From Bdellovibrionales bacterium (GTDB lineage Bacteria > Bdellovibrionota > Bdellovibrionia > Bdellovibrionales > UBA1609), in NCBI GenBank assembly GCA_965219095.1, contig CBDCMT010000001.1, positions 2,112,001 to 2,176,000 on the forward strand: a stretch of 64,000 bases of DNA, in the 5' to 3' direction. The notes under the pieces were generated by a model. The model worked only from the letters and a program-made list of their open reading frames with translations, had not been told where the DNA came from and made no database searches. The position numbers were made by a program, and so were the translations under genes. Positions 10,453-22,700 of the stretch are shown here, piece after piece (position 1 is the stretch's first letter; each line of letters opens with the position of its first letter).

Positions 10453-11481
10453 TCACAAGTAGCCCCTTTTTTTCTGATCCCTTTCAATAGCGTCAAAAAG
10501 AGCTTGGAAGTTCCCCTCTCCAAAACCATCATGGTTTTTTCTTTGAATGATCTCAAAAAAGATAGGCCCAAAAATATTTTTTGTAAAAATTTGCAAAAGA
10601 TAACCTCTCTCATCTCCATCAACCAAAATTTTAAGCCCCCTTAAGTCATCTATATTTTCCGTAACACCAGGAACACGTTTTTTTATATCATCATAATAGG
10701 TATCAGGAACATCTAAAAATTCAACTCCTTTTTCTTTTAATTTTCTCACACTTTTTATAATATCATCACTCAAAAGTGCGATGTGCTGAATGCCAGGCCC
10801 TTTATACTCTTCTAAATACTCTTGAATCTGAGACTTTTCGTTCTTAGGTTCGTTAATAGGTATAGTAATGTTATCACAAGGTGATCTCATGACTTTAGAG
10901 ATCAAACCTGTTTCCAACCCTTCAATATTAAAATAACGTACTTCACGAAAATTAAACAAATCCTTATAAAAACCACACCAATTTTGCATTTGATTTTTAC
11001 CTACATTGTGGGTTACATGATCTAAAATTTTAAGCCCCACACCTTCTCTACTAAGGCCTTCTTCAAAAAGAAAATCAGGTTCATAAAGGTTATTCCTACC
11101 CTTATCATCTACAAAGTAAAGAGCAGAATCTCCAATACCAGAAATAGCAGGAAAACTATGGCTCTTTGAGGGTTCAAGCTTTTTGACAGGTTTTTGACTC
11201 ATCTGCTCAAAAGCCTTTAAAGCATCTTCCACCCTAAAGCCCATAGCACAAACACAAGGACCGTGTTTTTTTGCAAAATCTTCAGAGAAAGTCCCTTTTG
11301 TATTATTCACAATAAAATGAACAGCCCCTTGTGTGTACAAAAACACATCCTTTTTTTTATGCTGTGCTACTTTTTCAAAACCTAATTTTTTTAGATTTGT
11401 GTGCAAAAAACCCTCACCCTGACTAGAAAATTCTAAAAACTCTAAACCTTTTGTTCCCACAGGATTATCTCTAATATCCAT
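10453..11481 (-). CDS. hppD: 4-hydroxyphenylpyruvate dioxygenase
   Basis: DHVTHNV, GPGIQHIA, LLQIFT, FFEIIQRK, GFGEGNFQALF. Confidence 0.97.
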   Translation of the reverse strand: MDIRDNPVGTKGLEFLEFSSQGEGFLHTNLKKLGFEKVAQHKKKDVFLYTQGAVHFIVNNTKGTFSEDFAKKHGPCVCAMGFRVEDALKAFEQMSQKPVKKLEPSKSHSFPAISGIGDSALYFVDDKGRNNLYEPDFLFEEGLSREGVGLKILDHVTHNVGKNQMQNWCGFYKDLFNFREVRYFNIEGLETGLISKVMRSPCDNITIPINEPKNEKSQIQEYLEEYKGPGIQHIALLSDDIIKSVRKLKEKGVEFLDVPDTYYDDIKKRVPGVTENIDDLRGLKILVDGDERGYLLQIFTKNIFGPIFFEIIQRKNHDGFGEGNFQALFDAIERDQKKRGYL

Positions 11482-11581
11482 AATAATCTCTCCTCTTTCT
11501 TATCCTCTTGCAACATAATACATTGACAAAAAGTCTATGTCCATACCTAAATTGATAAGAAAAAATTATATTTAAAGCATT

Positions 11582-12754
11582 ATGACTATATCTTATTGGC
11601 TGGATCAGTCTTTTCGGAAAAAATCAACATCTGATGTTGTAATCATAGGAGGGGGTATTTCAGGCCTTTCAACGGCTTTTTGGCTAGAAAAAGAAGACTC
11701 CAGCCTTAAAATCACTCTAATTGAAAAAGGTCCTCTTGGTTCAGGAGCTACAGGGAGAAGTGCTGGTTTTATTACTTGTGGGTCTGTAGAACACTTTAAC
11801 CGCATGGCAGAAAACTGGGGAATTCAAAAAGCTCGTAAAATATGGCAATTTAGTGAAAAAAATCTACAACTTTTAAAAACTCATATTATTGAAAAAAAAG
11901 AGCTTTTTTTTCAACAAAAGGGAAGCTTCTCTTTAGCTTCAACCGAAGAAGAGTTTAAAGAATTAAAAGCATCCTATGAACTCATGAAGTCTTTGAACAT
12001 CTCTGTGGAGGCTTTAAGTGAAAAAGACATACAAAAAAGACTTCACAGTGAAGGTTTTGTAGGAGGCATTAAATACATTGATGATGCCTCCATTCACCCT
12101 ATTAAACTTTTAGAAGCTGTCAGACAAAAGCTTAAAAAAACAAGTGTTTTTGAGAATGAAGAAGTTCATAATATATCTTTTAAGTCGCAATCACAAAATT
12201 ACGTTATTAAAACAAACAAACAAGAAATTGAATCCAGCTTTCTTATTCACGCAACAAATGCTTACGCTCCTCTTCTAGAAAATTATTTTAAAAATAAAAT
12301 TTATCCTACAAGAGGACAAATTCTCACTACAGAACCTGCTGAGCTTTTTTTAGAAGCTCCTTGTTATGCCAATTTTGTGTTGGATTATTTCAGACAGCTT
12401 CCCACAGGAGAAGTTCTTATCGGAGGGTTTCGCCAATTACAAAAAGATGCAGAAATTGGCTACGGAGATCAAACTTCAGAAGAAATACAAAAAGCCTTAG
12501 AAGATTTTTTAAATAAACATCTTCCTAAAATTAGAGGAAAAAAAATCACACATCGTTGGTCAGGAGTTATGGGTTTTAGCTCTGATGGCCTTCCTCTTAT
12601 AGGAAATCTGCCCCATCAAAGCCAAAGCTATTTTATCAGTGGCTTTACAGCCCATGGGTTAGGCCTTGCTTTTCATTGTGCTCAAAAGCTTGTCGATTTG
12701 ATCTTTGGCCGTCAAATCGATGAATTTATCTCTGCAAAACGTTTTAGTAGTTGA
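11582..12754 (+). CDS. FAD-dependent oxidoreductase (DAO/PuuB-like)
   Basis: VIIGGGISG, GATGRSAG, WSGVMGFSSDGLPLIG. Confidence 0.88.
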   Translation: MTISYWLDQSFRKKSTSDVVIIGGGISGLSTAFWLEKEDSSLKITLIEKGPLGSGATGRSAGFITCGSVEHFNRMAENWGIQKARKIWQFSEKNLQLLKTHIIEKKELFFQQKGSFSLASTEEEFKELKASYELMKSLNISVEALSEKDIQKRLHSEGFVGGIKYIDDASIHPIKLLEAVRQKLKKTSVFENEEVHNISFKSQSQNYVIKTNKQEIESSFLIHATNAYAPLLENYFKNKIYPTRGQILTTEPAELFLEAPCYANFVLDYFRQLPTGEVLIGGFRQLQKDAEIGYGDQTSEEIQKALEDFLNKHLPKIRGKKITHRWSGVMGFSSDGLPLIGNLPHQSQSYFISGFTAHGLGLAFHCAQKLVDLIFGRQIDEFISAKRFSS

Positions 12755-12788
12755 AAGTCTTAGAAAAAGAGCATAAAATCAATCGAAT

Positions 12789-14171
12789 ATGATTTCGAAT
12801 ACATCTGAAGTTTTTGTCAACAGAACTCTCAATATGAAAAAAATAACACATATTGGTCTGGATATGGACCTTACATTAGTTCGTTATAACACCTATGCCT
12901 TTGAAAGCTTGACTCACAAAGAAATTGTCTTCGATCTTGTAAAGAAAAAGCATTATCCTGAAGAAATTTTAGATTTAAAATTTGATTTTTCAAGAGCAAT
13001 CCGAGGGCTTGTGATCGATAAAAAAAACGGTAACCTTTTAAAGATTTCCCGTTTTGGAGCCATAAGACTTGCTTATCATGGCCTAACTCCTCTTACATTT
13101 TCTGAGAAGAAAAAAACTTATAGAAGCCCATACATTTTTATCAGTGATGATAACTACGAAGTAGTTGACACTCACTTCTCTCTCACTTTGAGCATCTTAT
13201 TTGCTCAATTGGTCACTCTTAAAGATACCTCCCTTAAAGATAAACTCCCTAATTACAAAACTCTCGGACAAGATATTATCGAAATTTTAGATGAAGCTCA
13301 CAGCACAGGAAATCTAAAACAAAAAGTCATTAAAAATTTAGATCAATACATTATTAAAGATCCAGAGGTCATAGAAGCTTTAGAGCGTTATATTTTACAC
13401 AACAAAAAGATCTTTATCATTACAAACTCTCTTCCTGACTACACTATTGAAGTACTCAACTTTGCCATTCAACCTTATTTGAAAAAACACAATCATTGGC
13501 TTGATCTTTTTGAAGTTGTTATTGCAAATGCTGAAAAGCCAAGGTTCTTTTATGAAAAAAAAGATTTTACAAAGTACGACATTAAAACAAAGACCCGAAC
13601 ACCTATGAAAGGACGTATAGAATCTCATTGTCTTTATGAAGGTGGTTCTGCAACTATCTTCACTGAACAAATGAATGTAGATCCTGACCAAGTACTCTAT
13701 ATAGGAGATCATATTTATAGCGATATTGTGCGTATTAAGAAGGATTCAGGATGGAGGACAGCCCTTGTTATTGAAGAGCTAAGTTCAGAAATTGAAAAGT
13801 ATAAAAAATTTTCAAGTACACAGAGGAAGATTGACAAGCTTATGAAAGAGAAAATTCCTTTTGAAGTGAAAATTGATGAATTCATCTCAGAAGACATTGA
13901 AAGTAAAACAAAAAATAATAAAAAGAAAATAGAGCAACTTCTTCTTAAAATCAAAGATATCGATAACTCTATACAACCTCTTATTAAAGAAGGCTTTATC
14001 GTTTTTAACCCTTATTGGGGAGAGATTTTCAGAATAGGAGCAGAAGAAACGTTTTTTACTCATCAAATTGAACGTTTTGCTTGTGTTTATACATCAAAAT
14101 TAAAAGAGTTCCTTAAGCAGTCCCCTAGAACTTACTTTCGTTCTGTGAAGCGTTTCATGCCTCATGAATAA
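12789..14171 (+). CDS. HAD-IG family 5'-nucleotidase (cN-II like)
   Basis: GLDMDLTLVRY, ITNS, KPRFF, YIGDHIYSDI, GWRTALVI. Confidence 0.92.
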   Translation: MISNTSEVFVNRTLNMKKITHIGLDMDLTLVRYNTYAFESLTHKEIVFDLVKKKHYPEEILDLKFDFSRAIRGLVIDKKNGNLLKISRFGAIRLAYHGLTPLTFSEKKKTYRSPYIFISDDNYEVVDTHFSLTLSILFAQLVTLKDTSLKDKLPNYKTLGQDIIEILDEAHSTGNLKQKVIKNLDQYIIKDPEVIEALERYILHNKKIFIITNSLPDYTIEVLNFAIQPYLKKHNHWLDLFEVVIANAEKPRFFYEKKDFTKYDIKTKTRTPMKGRIESHCLYEGGSATIFTEQMNVDPDQVLYIGDHIYSDIVRIKKDSGWRTALVIEELSSEIEKYKKFSSTQRKIDKLMKEKIPFEVKIDEFISEDIESKTKNNKKKIEQLLLKIKDIDNSIQPLIKEGFIVFNPYWGEIFRIGAEETFFTHQIERFACVYTSKLKEFLKQSPRTYFRSVKRFMPHE

Positions 14172-14196
14172 GACTTTAAATAAGGTCGGTCAGTTA

Positions 14197-14931
14197 TTAA
14201 AAGTAAAACTGAAATGCTAAAGAGTATGATGAAGTTTCATCATCAAAAAGTGTATCAAAGGTGAGCGTCTTAGAGCTTGAAGCTATTTCAGCAGAAATAA
14301 AAGCTTTCTTGTGAAGCTTGTATTTTAACTCTGCTGAATAAATTTGAATCAAAACTTTATCTCCATTGAAATTCCACACATAAACCAAAGACATATCACC
14401 TGCAGCAACCAAACGCTCCATAAGGTTAAAAGCAATTTCAAAGAAAGTTTTTGCTGAATAATGGGTCAGGTCTAATTTCTTATCTAGAGTATCTACCTCA
14501 GAACTGTAAAGATTATAGTTAAAGCCCTGATAAAAAGTAGTGCTTAAAGGCCCTAGCTTTTTTGATAAGATAAGCTTTCCTGTTACCCCCGTTCTTAAAC
14601 GATTATCACGAGATGTCTTTGTAAAAGGTATTTGAAAAGAAAGATCTCCTGCAAAAGATAGTTTTTTCTTTTTATGGAAATAAAGGATTCGTCCTACATT
14701 CGCTATAGGATCATTTTTATAAGCATAATAAAGTTTAAACTTCGTTTTTTGATTCCATGCATAGCCTAGAGATATGTTAGTGGAAATCGTGCCATATGAA
14801 AAAAGATCAAAGCCTTTTCCATAGAACACTTCTATCATACCAAAAAAAGGAGATTTTTCTTCTTTTTTAGAAGAAGCCCAAGAGGTTTGAAAGATAAAAA
14901 GCAAAATCAAAGCATAAAGACAGACTTTCAT
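14197..14931 (-). CDS. Hypothetical exported protein, probable outer-membrane beta-barrel
   Basis: Signal peptide, alternating beta pattern, C-terminal YSLAFQFYF. Confidence 0.6.
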   Translation of the reverse strand: MKVCLYALILLFIFQTSWASSKKEEKSPFFGMIEVFYGKGFDLFSYGTISTNISLGYAWNQKTKFKLYYAYKNDPIANVGRILYFHKKKKLSFAGDLSFQIPFTKTSRDNRLRTGVTGKLILSKKLGPLSTTFYQGFNYNLYSSEVDTLDKKLDLTHYSAKTFFEIAFNLMERLVAAGDMSLVYVWNFNGDKVLIQIYSAELKYKLHKKAFISAEIASSSKTLTFDTLFDDETSSYSLAFQFYF

Positions 14932-15179
14932 ACTCTTATAATCTAATTAAACCTTTTATTTTTCAACAATTTATTAGCTTTTAAAGCTTAAGCCTTCTAA
15001 AAACTAGACTAAGTGTTAATCTTCAGAGATTCATACGAACCTTTTGAAAGAGAAATGTTTTTCATGATGCCTAAATAAACTTGTTTGTTTAAGCACTGTT
15101 TGTACAATTCTCTCTTAAGAGCAGTCTATTTTTATGGTTTTTTAAGTTTTTCAATAAGAGACTATTATTAACACACGTA

Positions 15180-15443
15180 GGCTTTGTTGTACATAAGCGT
15201 TTTAGATCAAATTGTTTCCACTTGAGGTGACATCATTCCTATTGAGTTTGGAGTCTGATAGCTGAAGGAGTTTTCATTTGATTGAGAATCTTGCATTTTA
15301 TAAAGGCTTCATTAGCTTGATTCATAAAATTTCTTGAATTAAGTCTTGATCCTAAGAAGTTGTTTGAATCGATACATAGTCGTTTCAGCAATAGAACAAT
15401 GAGGCGTAATTTCACAACGTACATGTTCTCTTTTGATTTAATC
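15180..15443 (-). mobile_element. IS5-family (IS903-like) right-end remnant
   Basis: End GGCTTTGTTG; peptide LGSRLNSRNFMNQANEAFIKCKILNQM resembles IS903-group C-terminus. Confidence 0.65.
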
Positions 15444-16673
15444 GTAAGTCGGTTTTTTAACCGCCCTTGACTCCTACGAGGGGTATATAGTGCTTCCGTT
15501 TAGGTTTTCAGGTTCCTAAGATGGAGAAGTTATCAGTTATCAAAGTTTCTAATTTAGCTCTGTGTTTTCGTATTCCTCTAAAAAATTGACTTAAACTTCC
15601 CTTGAAATCGTCATAATTTTCATAATAGCGATTTGCTGTGACCTCTTTTTTCATAAACTTCCAAAGCCTTTCTATAGGATTTAAATTCGGTGAGTACGGA
15701 GGAAGATAAACAAGTTTTATATTCAACTCTTTCGCTAACTTCTTGACAGACTTCGATCTATTGTATCCGGCCCCATCTAAGATAAGATGAATCTCTTTTT
15801 CATCGGGATGCTTCTTAATGAATATGATGGAGCATATCACATATGGAAACATGGTTAACTGTCTTATAACTCCTGACTACCGTCTTCAAACTATTGATCT
15901 CAATAGCTCCACCTATTGATCTCAATAGCTCCACAAACATTCACTCTTTTTCTCCAGCCTGAATTGGTCTTCACTTCAAACTTCTTACCCTCTCTTATCC
16001 AACCATATGAAATCGTAGGGCCCACTCAGGATGTGTGGAATCAGCAAAGTAAACAGGACCCTCTTTCTTCTTAATTCTCTTGTATTTACGCACAAACTTT
16101 TTCTGCTCTTCTCTCTTTGCCTTACCCGGTATCGCTGTGGCTTTTTTATAAGAAAAACCAAGGCGATGGAGAAGATCAATTACACCACTTGTTGAGTACG
16201 TAACACCAAAATTCTCCTCAATGAACTGAATAACGGTCTGTGATGATGGAAAAATTCTTTTCTCTAATTCCTTTAAAAGCATTTTCTCCTCTTTCTTAGT
16301 TAAAAAGGACCTTTTAGGGTTGTAATTGTCGTTGATTAAGCACTCTATCCTGCTTTGTTATAACGATCTCTACAGGCTCTTATCGTGCCCTCATCAATGA
16401 AAAGAAAGCAGGCAATATCTTTACACAACTTACCTTTATCTAAATGGAGAATTGTCATAATCCTTTTTACGTATTTAATATTTTTCTCTAGAGATAGTTC
16501 ATAGAGTAAATCTTCTCGCTCTTTTTTTGATAGAAACCCTGACATATGAAACTATTTTTAAAAATAAATGACTTTTTATCAAGGCCTTAGAATAAAAACT
16601 AGACCTCAACTCAAAAAAAACGGAAAACCTAAGCGGAAGCACTATATTTCTTAGATTTTAAAGGAGAAGTTTT
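15444..16673 (-). mobile_element. IS66-B right-end fragment interrupted by IS630-A
   Basis: 15444-15487 plus 16645-16673 match the reverse complement of 63840-63912. Confidence 0.8.
15488..16644 (-). mobile_element. IS630-A copy 2, transposase pseudogene (frameshifts, 22-bp tandem duplication 15891-15934)
   Basis: Same TIRs and TA TSD as 1575-2710; ORF split into fragments. Confidence 0.93.
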
Positions 16674-16780
16674 AGGCTTTAGGAATTTTAAAGCCTTTTA
16701 TCAGTTTGCAGAAGTCTATCTTAAATCTTATTTTTCGCCTCCTCAAAAGAACCTCCGGGAACCCACAGATTCTTTTGAGG

Positions 16781-17731
16781 AAGAAAAACCTAACAATTTT
16801 TTACATGAAGTACTTAGCTGACTGGTGTCGTCACCTGTCTTGGAAAGAGGTTTCTTGTAAGTTTCATGTCAGTTGGAATCAGGTCTATGCTTCGGTAGAA
16901 TGGGTCGTAGAATATGGTTTAAAACAAAGGGTTTTAAAGGGAATACAAGCTATAGGTGTAGATGAAATACAATGGAAAAAGAACCATCAGTATCTCACCT
17001 TAGTCTATGAAATAAGCAAAGAAAGTGTTCGTTTGCTATGGATAGGAGAAAAAAGAACAGAAAAGAGTTTTAGAAAATTCTTTGATTTACTAGGAGAGAA
17101 GTCAAAAGATATACAGTTTGTGTGTTCTGATATGTGGAAGCCCTATTTAAAAGTAATAAAGGAAAGGGCAAGTCAAGCTTTGAATATATTAGATCGGTTT
17201 CATATCGTAGCAAGACTCAATAAGGCTTTAGACGAAGTGAGAGCTTCAGAACACAAAAAAATGAAAGAAGATGGGTATGAACCCCTTTTAACAAAAGCTA
17301 GATGGCCCTTGTTAAAAAATGCAGAAAATTTAAAATCTTATGAGAAAGTAAAATTAAGGCATTTAATACAGTACAATTTAAAAAGTATCCGCTGTTATTT
17401 TTTAAAAGAAGACTTCCGACAGTTATGGACCTATGTTCCACCAACTTGGGCTGGTAAATTTATAGACAGTTGGACGAGACGAGTCATGCTTTCAAAAATT
17501 GAACCTATGAAAAGAGAAGCAAAAACCATACGAAGACATAAGCTACTTATTCTTAATTACTTCAAGGCTAAAAAAGCCTTCTCCTCAGGGATTGTAGAGG
17601 GTTTAAACAACAAAGTAAAACTCACTATGAGAAAATCTTACGGCTTTAGAACCTCTAAAGCTATAAAAATCGCCTTATATCATAACCTTGGAAAACTGCC
17701 AGAACCTCCGGGAACCCACAGATTCTTTTGA
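16781..17731 (+). pseudogene. ISL3 transposase, N-terminally truncated; right IR ends at 17737
   Basis: Near-identical to the 3150 protein from KKxLTIFYMK; native C-terminus present. Confidence 0.88.
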
Positions 17732-17901
17732 GGAGGCAAATTTTAATGTAACACAGCAAATAAAAGCAAATAAAATGAATGTTTTTGAGTTCAATCACCG
17801 GAGGTGATAGAGGCCAGTAAGGGCCTCAAAGAGCTCAAAAATACAAGATAGAATGTCTTACTCTTGCTTTGATTAATATGAGCCTTTTTGGGGGATTTCT
17901 A

Positions 17902-18773
17902 GGGCGTGTCCTCATTTGACTGGACCTTTACTTTGAAGTTTAAGCCAAATAAACATACATGCTATAGATAGCATAGCTTTGAAATTTCTAGCAAGCTTTT
18001 CAAATCGAGTGGCAATACCTCTAAAATGCTTAAGACGAGCAAAAAGGTTTTCTATCTGATGTCGAGATTTATAGATATGACGATCAAAATCTTTATTTTT
18101 CTTTTTGCTATTTTTTCGTCTCGGTATCACAGGCTTTATCTTCTTACTACGAGCCTTATCTCGTATCTCATCCGAGTCATAGGCCTTGTCAGCAATCAAA
18201 TACTCACTACGAAACTCATCAATTAAATCACCTGCAACTTGACTGTCGTGTACTTCACCCCCAGTGATTTTAAAACAGAGTGGATTTCCATGCGCATCGG
18301 AGGCCATGTGTATTTTTGTTGTGGATCCACCTCTAGATTTTCCCACAGCACGACTTTCTCCACGCCGAGCTCCACTAGCATGCTGATGAACCGATACGTA
18401 ACTTCCGTCGATGGACACCCACTCTGTATCAACTTCTTCTTGTAAAGTAAAAAAAAATCATTCCATAACCCTTTTTGTGCCCACCTATTAAAGCGATTAT
18501 ATGCTCTCTTCCAAGGACAGAACTGTTCAGGAATATCACGCCACGGACTGCCTGTGCGTAATTTCCATAAAATTGCTTCCATAACATTTCTATTGTTTGC
18601 TGAATGATAACAGCCTTTCTCTCTTACTAATAGCTTCCAGATCCTTCCACATAGAATCTGTTAAAACTTTTCTTAACATAACACCTCCCTTTGTTATGAG
18701 CTTTTTACAATCTTTATAAATATTCAACACGGCTAAGGTCTTGAAAAAGGTCTGGGCAAATGAGGACACGCCC
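17902..18773 (-). mobile_element. IS5-family (IS427-like) element, two ORFs with probable -1 frameshift, plus an extra frameshift near the start
   Basis: TIR GGGCGTGTCCTCATTT; inserted at CTAG; ILWKLRTGSPWRDIP, SIDGS, GKSRGGSTTKIH, ADKAYDS, RHQIENLFARLK. Confidence 0.92.
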
Positions 18774-19569
18774 TAGCTACTTTTCACCCACAGATTCCCG
18801 GGAGGAGCCTATTTTTCTAAAATGTTGTCTTACTCCCGATTTGTGAACATCAAAAAAGACATGGCTTTTTTGATGTTTCTTTTCTCGACAAGCCTTATGA
18901 GTAAAACCACCGGCATATCATTTATTGATTCTACATCGATTTTTCTTCAAAAATAAAAGAATAGGAAGAAATAAGGTGTTCTAAAAGTTAGCTAAAAAGA
19001 GGCAAAAGTAGTATGGGCTGGTTCTTCGGATTTAAACTCCATATTGTTATCAATCACCTAGGAGAACTTTTAAGTTTTACCTTAACTCCGGGAAATGTGG
19101 ATGATCGAAAGCTAAGTTATGGATTTATAGTAAAGGGCTGATAGGAAAACTCTTTGGGGACAGAAGTTATATTTCATCAGACCTTTTCAAAAAGCTTTTA
19201 AAGAAGGGAGTTAAGCTTATTACAAACGTCAAATTAAATATGGAGAATAAATTGATTCCCTTATTTGACAAGTTGATGTTGAAAAAACGTTCTGTTGTGG
19301 AGGTCAGTGATTGGAGTGTTAAAAGGAGATTTTCATCTTGAGCATTCTCGCCATTGTAGCCCACAAAACTTTGTCATCAATCTTTTAGGTACTCTCATCT
19401 CTTACTTGCTTAAAACCTAAAAAACCCTTCATTCAACTTAAAACTCAAGAACAGGGGCTTCTGAACAATATATAAAAGTCGAAACTCGGATTATTAAATA
19501 CAAAGTAGCTTGTATTTTTTGAGTTCTTTGAGACTTTATCGGTAAATTATCTATGAAACAGAAAAAATA

Positions 19570-19600
19570 GATGACCAGCTTTTCAAAAAGGCTGGTCATC
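19570..19600. terminator. Hairpin, possible intrinsic terminator
   Basis: GATGACCAGCTTTT-caa-AAAGGCTGGTCATC. Confidence 0.55.
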
Positions 19601-19701
19601 CATATGAGTATGTCAAGAGAAAAAAGCTCCCTATTTAAGATAAACTTCGAAATAATTTAGGCTCTTTCTTTACTAAACTTTTTAAGCTATATTGATTAAA
19701 C

Positions 19702-22700
19702 GTGCGTATTTTGCTTTCTTTTTTTATAAAAAGACATCTCTTAGCTAACCTCATGCTAGCCCTTGCCTTTCTCTTTGGCATTATAAGTCTATGGAAAATC
19801 CCTCGCAACGTTTTTCCTCTTGTGAACTTTGATCTGATCAGTATATCCACTTCTCTACCAGGGGCATCTCCTGAACAAGTTGAGAAGCTTTTGCTTAATC
19901 CAATAGAAATTGCTTTAAATGGTATTGATGGGATCAAACAAATAAAAGCTTCTGCGGTAGAAAATTTTACTGTTGTTGTTATTGAAATCGATCCTGACAG
20001 CAATACAGAAAGGGTAAAGCAAGATGTACGAAATACCATAGAGGCTATCAATGACTTTCCTAAAGAAGCCACAGAACCTATTATTAATGAAATTGATGCA
20101 GAAACAAATCAACCCTTTTTAGAACTTTCCTTAGAGATGCCGGAAAGAAATGATAAGCTTTTTGAATTATCTCATTTTGCAAAAGAAGAACTTGAAAAAG
20201 TCAAAGACATACGATCAGTTAAAAAGGTAGGTTATCGTAATCCTGAAATCTATGTTTTAGTAGATTCTTTGAAGCTTTGGAATCAAAACATTTCCCTCAC
20301 ACAAATCAATCAAGCCATTCAATCTCAAAACATCTCCTTACCAGCAGGAAAAGCTTTAGACAAACGCAACACAGAGATTTTAGTGCGTACTCAAGGGGAG
20401 TACGAAAGTGAAAGCAATAAGGGAAGAGATGTACAAAGAACACTTCTATCAAGTGTTAAAAATACAATTATACGTTCTAATGATGCAGGTTATGCTGTTT
20501 CTCTAAAAGATGTTGCTCATGTTAGTATGGGGAGAAAAAAAGCCACACAGCTTAACCGCAGTAACGGAAATCCTGCCATTGACTTTGTAATATCAAAAAA
20601 ACTTCGATCTGATGCAATTACTGTAGCAGAAAATGTTAAAAAGAAAATTATCGATCTTAAAGATAAAATAGGAGAGGGTAGGATCTCTATTTTTAGAGAT
20701 CTATCTTTTTATATTAAAAGGCGACTTAAAATTTTAGAGCAGAACTTTTTCTTAGGTCTTATTCTTATTTTATTACTTCTATCTTTAGTTTTGCCATGGC
20801 AAGTTAGTACTGTTGTAGCTGCTGGAATCCCCATTGCCATCTTAGGTTCTATAACTATAGCCTATTTAATTGGTTTTACTTTAAATCTTATTAGCGTGCT
20901 AGGTCTTATTATTGTACTAGGTGTCATTGTAGATGATGCCATTGTTATAGGAGAAAATATCTGGAAAAAAGTTGAAGAGAATATGCCAATTGAAAAAGCA
21001 GCCCTTAAAGGCACTGAAGAAATGCTGTCTCCTGTAACAGCTTCTGTTATGACAACCATTTTAGCCTTTGTTCCTATGTTATTTATGTCAGGGATCATGG
21101 GAAAATTTGTTTTTGAAATACCTCTGATGGTGATCATTTGCCTTGTCCTTTCTTTAGCAGAAGTTTTCTTTTTAATGCCATCCCATTTTGTTTCGTGGTT
21201 AAGCCCTTTTTTAAAGGACGTCCACATTAAAATGAAAGAGAGGAAACGAACTTCTAAGAGAGAAAAGTTCTTTGAAAATTTTAGTGCAATCTATGAAAGG
21301 TGGGTTTCCTGGACTGTTCGTAAAAAATACATTTCTTTAGGAATTTTATGTTTATTTTTTACACTGACAGGTTTAATTGTATCTTGGAAAGGACGATTCG
21401 TTTTATTCCCTTCAGGAGGGGATGAAGTTTTCTATGTGTCTATAGAAACTCCTTCAGGGACACCTTTAAAGGAAACAGAAAGGCACGTTTTTTCTATTGA
21501 AAAAGAAATTTTGAAATTAAAGAATACGAATGAATTAGAAAGCATTAAAACTTCTGTAGGAAAACTTTGTTCTCGGAACTTTCATCAATCTAATAGAGGA
21601 GATGAATATGCTTGTATTAGAGTCAACTTAGTACAAAAACAAGAAAGAAATCGCAATCGCAAAGTGATCGAAGATCAGTTAAGAGAAAAAATTAAACTTA
21701 TGAAAGGTTTCACTAAAGTCACTGTGGAAAGTGCTAGAGAAGGGCCTCCTCAGGGTTCAGATATTTCCATTGAAATTTTAGGAAAAGATTTTACAGTTTT
21801 AAAAGAGATTTCTGATCGTATTTTAAAAAAAATCATCACCATGCCGGGAACTGTTGATGTAAGAAGCTCTTTTTCTAGCACAAAAGAGGAGTGGCGTATC
21901 ATCCCTGATAAGAGGAAGATGGCAATCAACGGCCTTACTGCCACTCAAATTGCCACTACTGTCAGAGCCTCTCTTGATGGGTTGACTCCCACATCTTTAC
22001 GTAACTTAGAAGAGGAGATCGATATAAGAGTCAAATTGAAAAGAAATGGAGCTGTAGATACTTTGCCTTGGCTCAAATCTCTAAAAATAGGAAATAGCTT
22101 AGGAAATATGATCTCTCTTAATTCTGTAGCCACATTTGAAAAACAACAAACTATCAGATCAATAACCCATTTAAATGGAAAACGTTCTATCAATATATCT
22201 GGATCCATTGATGAAAATACTATTGTTAAAGGAAAAAAACTAACTCCTTTAAGTTTTATTCAACAAATTTCTCCCTTTATAGACAAAGTTTTAAAAGAAA
22301 AATCTAATGAAGGAAAATATGGTTATGAAGTGTCTTATTCAGGAGAAAGTCAGGACACACAAGAATCAATGAAAACACTTATGTCTTCTTTTATCTTTGC
22401 CTTTATAGGTATTTTCTTTCTTCTTGTGTTAACATTTCACAATTTTATTCAACCTTTTTTAATTTTAATGTCTGTTCCTCTAGGTCTTGCAGGAGTTGCT
22501 TGGGCTCTCATTTTTCATGGGAAACCTTTAAGCTTTATGTCAGGGATGGGAGTGATTGCACTTTCGGGAGTCATTGTCAATAACGCCATCATGCTCATTG
22601 ATTTTGTAAATTCAGGAAGAAAGAAAGGCTTGAGTCTGGAAGATTCTATTATTTCAGCAGCCAAAAGACGATTACGCCCCATCCTTCTTACAACTCTCAC

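Larger units (their letters stand above)
16737..18809. mobile_element. Rearranged ISL3 complex with 8-bp TSD TATTTTTC
   Basis: GCCTCCTCAAAAGAA at 16737, GGGAGGAGCC ending 18809; TSD at 16729-16736 and 18810-18817. Confidence 0.88.
16674..19491 (+). mobile_element. IS982-family copy 1, 5'-truncated, interrupted by an ISL3 complex
   Basis: 16674-16736 and 18810-19491 match 26821-27555; right end AAAGTCGAAACTCGGAT. Confidence 0.87.

Noticed and set aside
16706..16780. N-terminal extension of the 341-aa ISL3 ORF
   Set aside because: Chimeric read-through of IS982 and mini-ISL3 sequence
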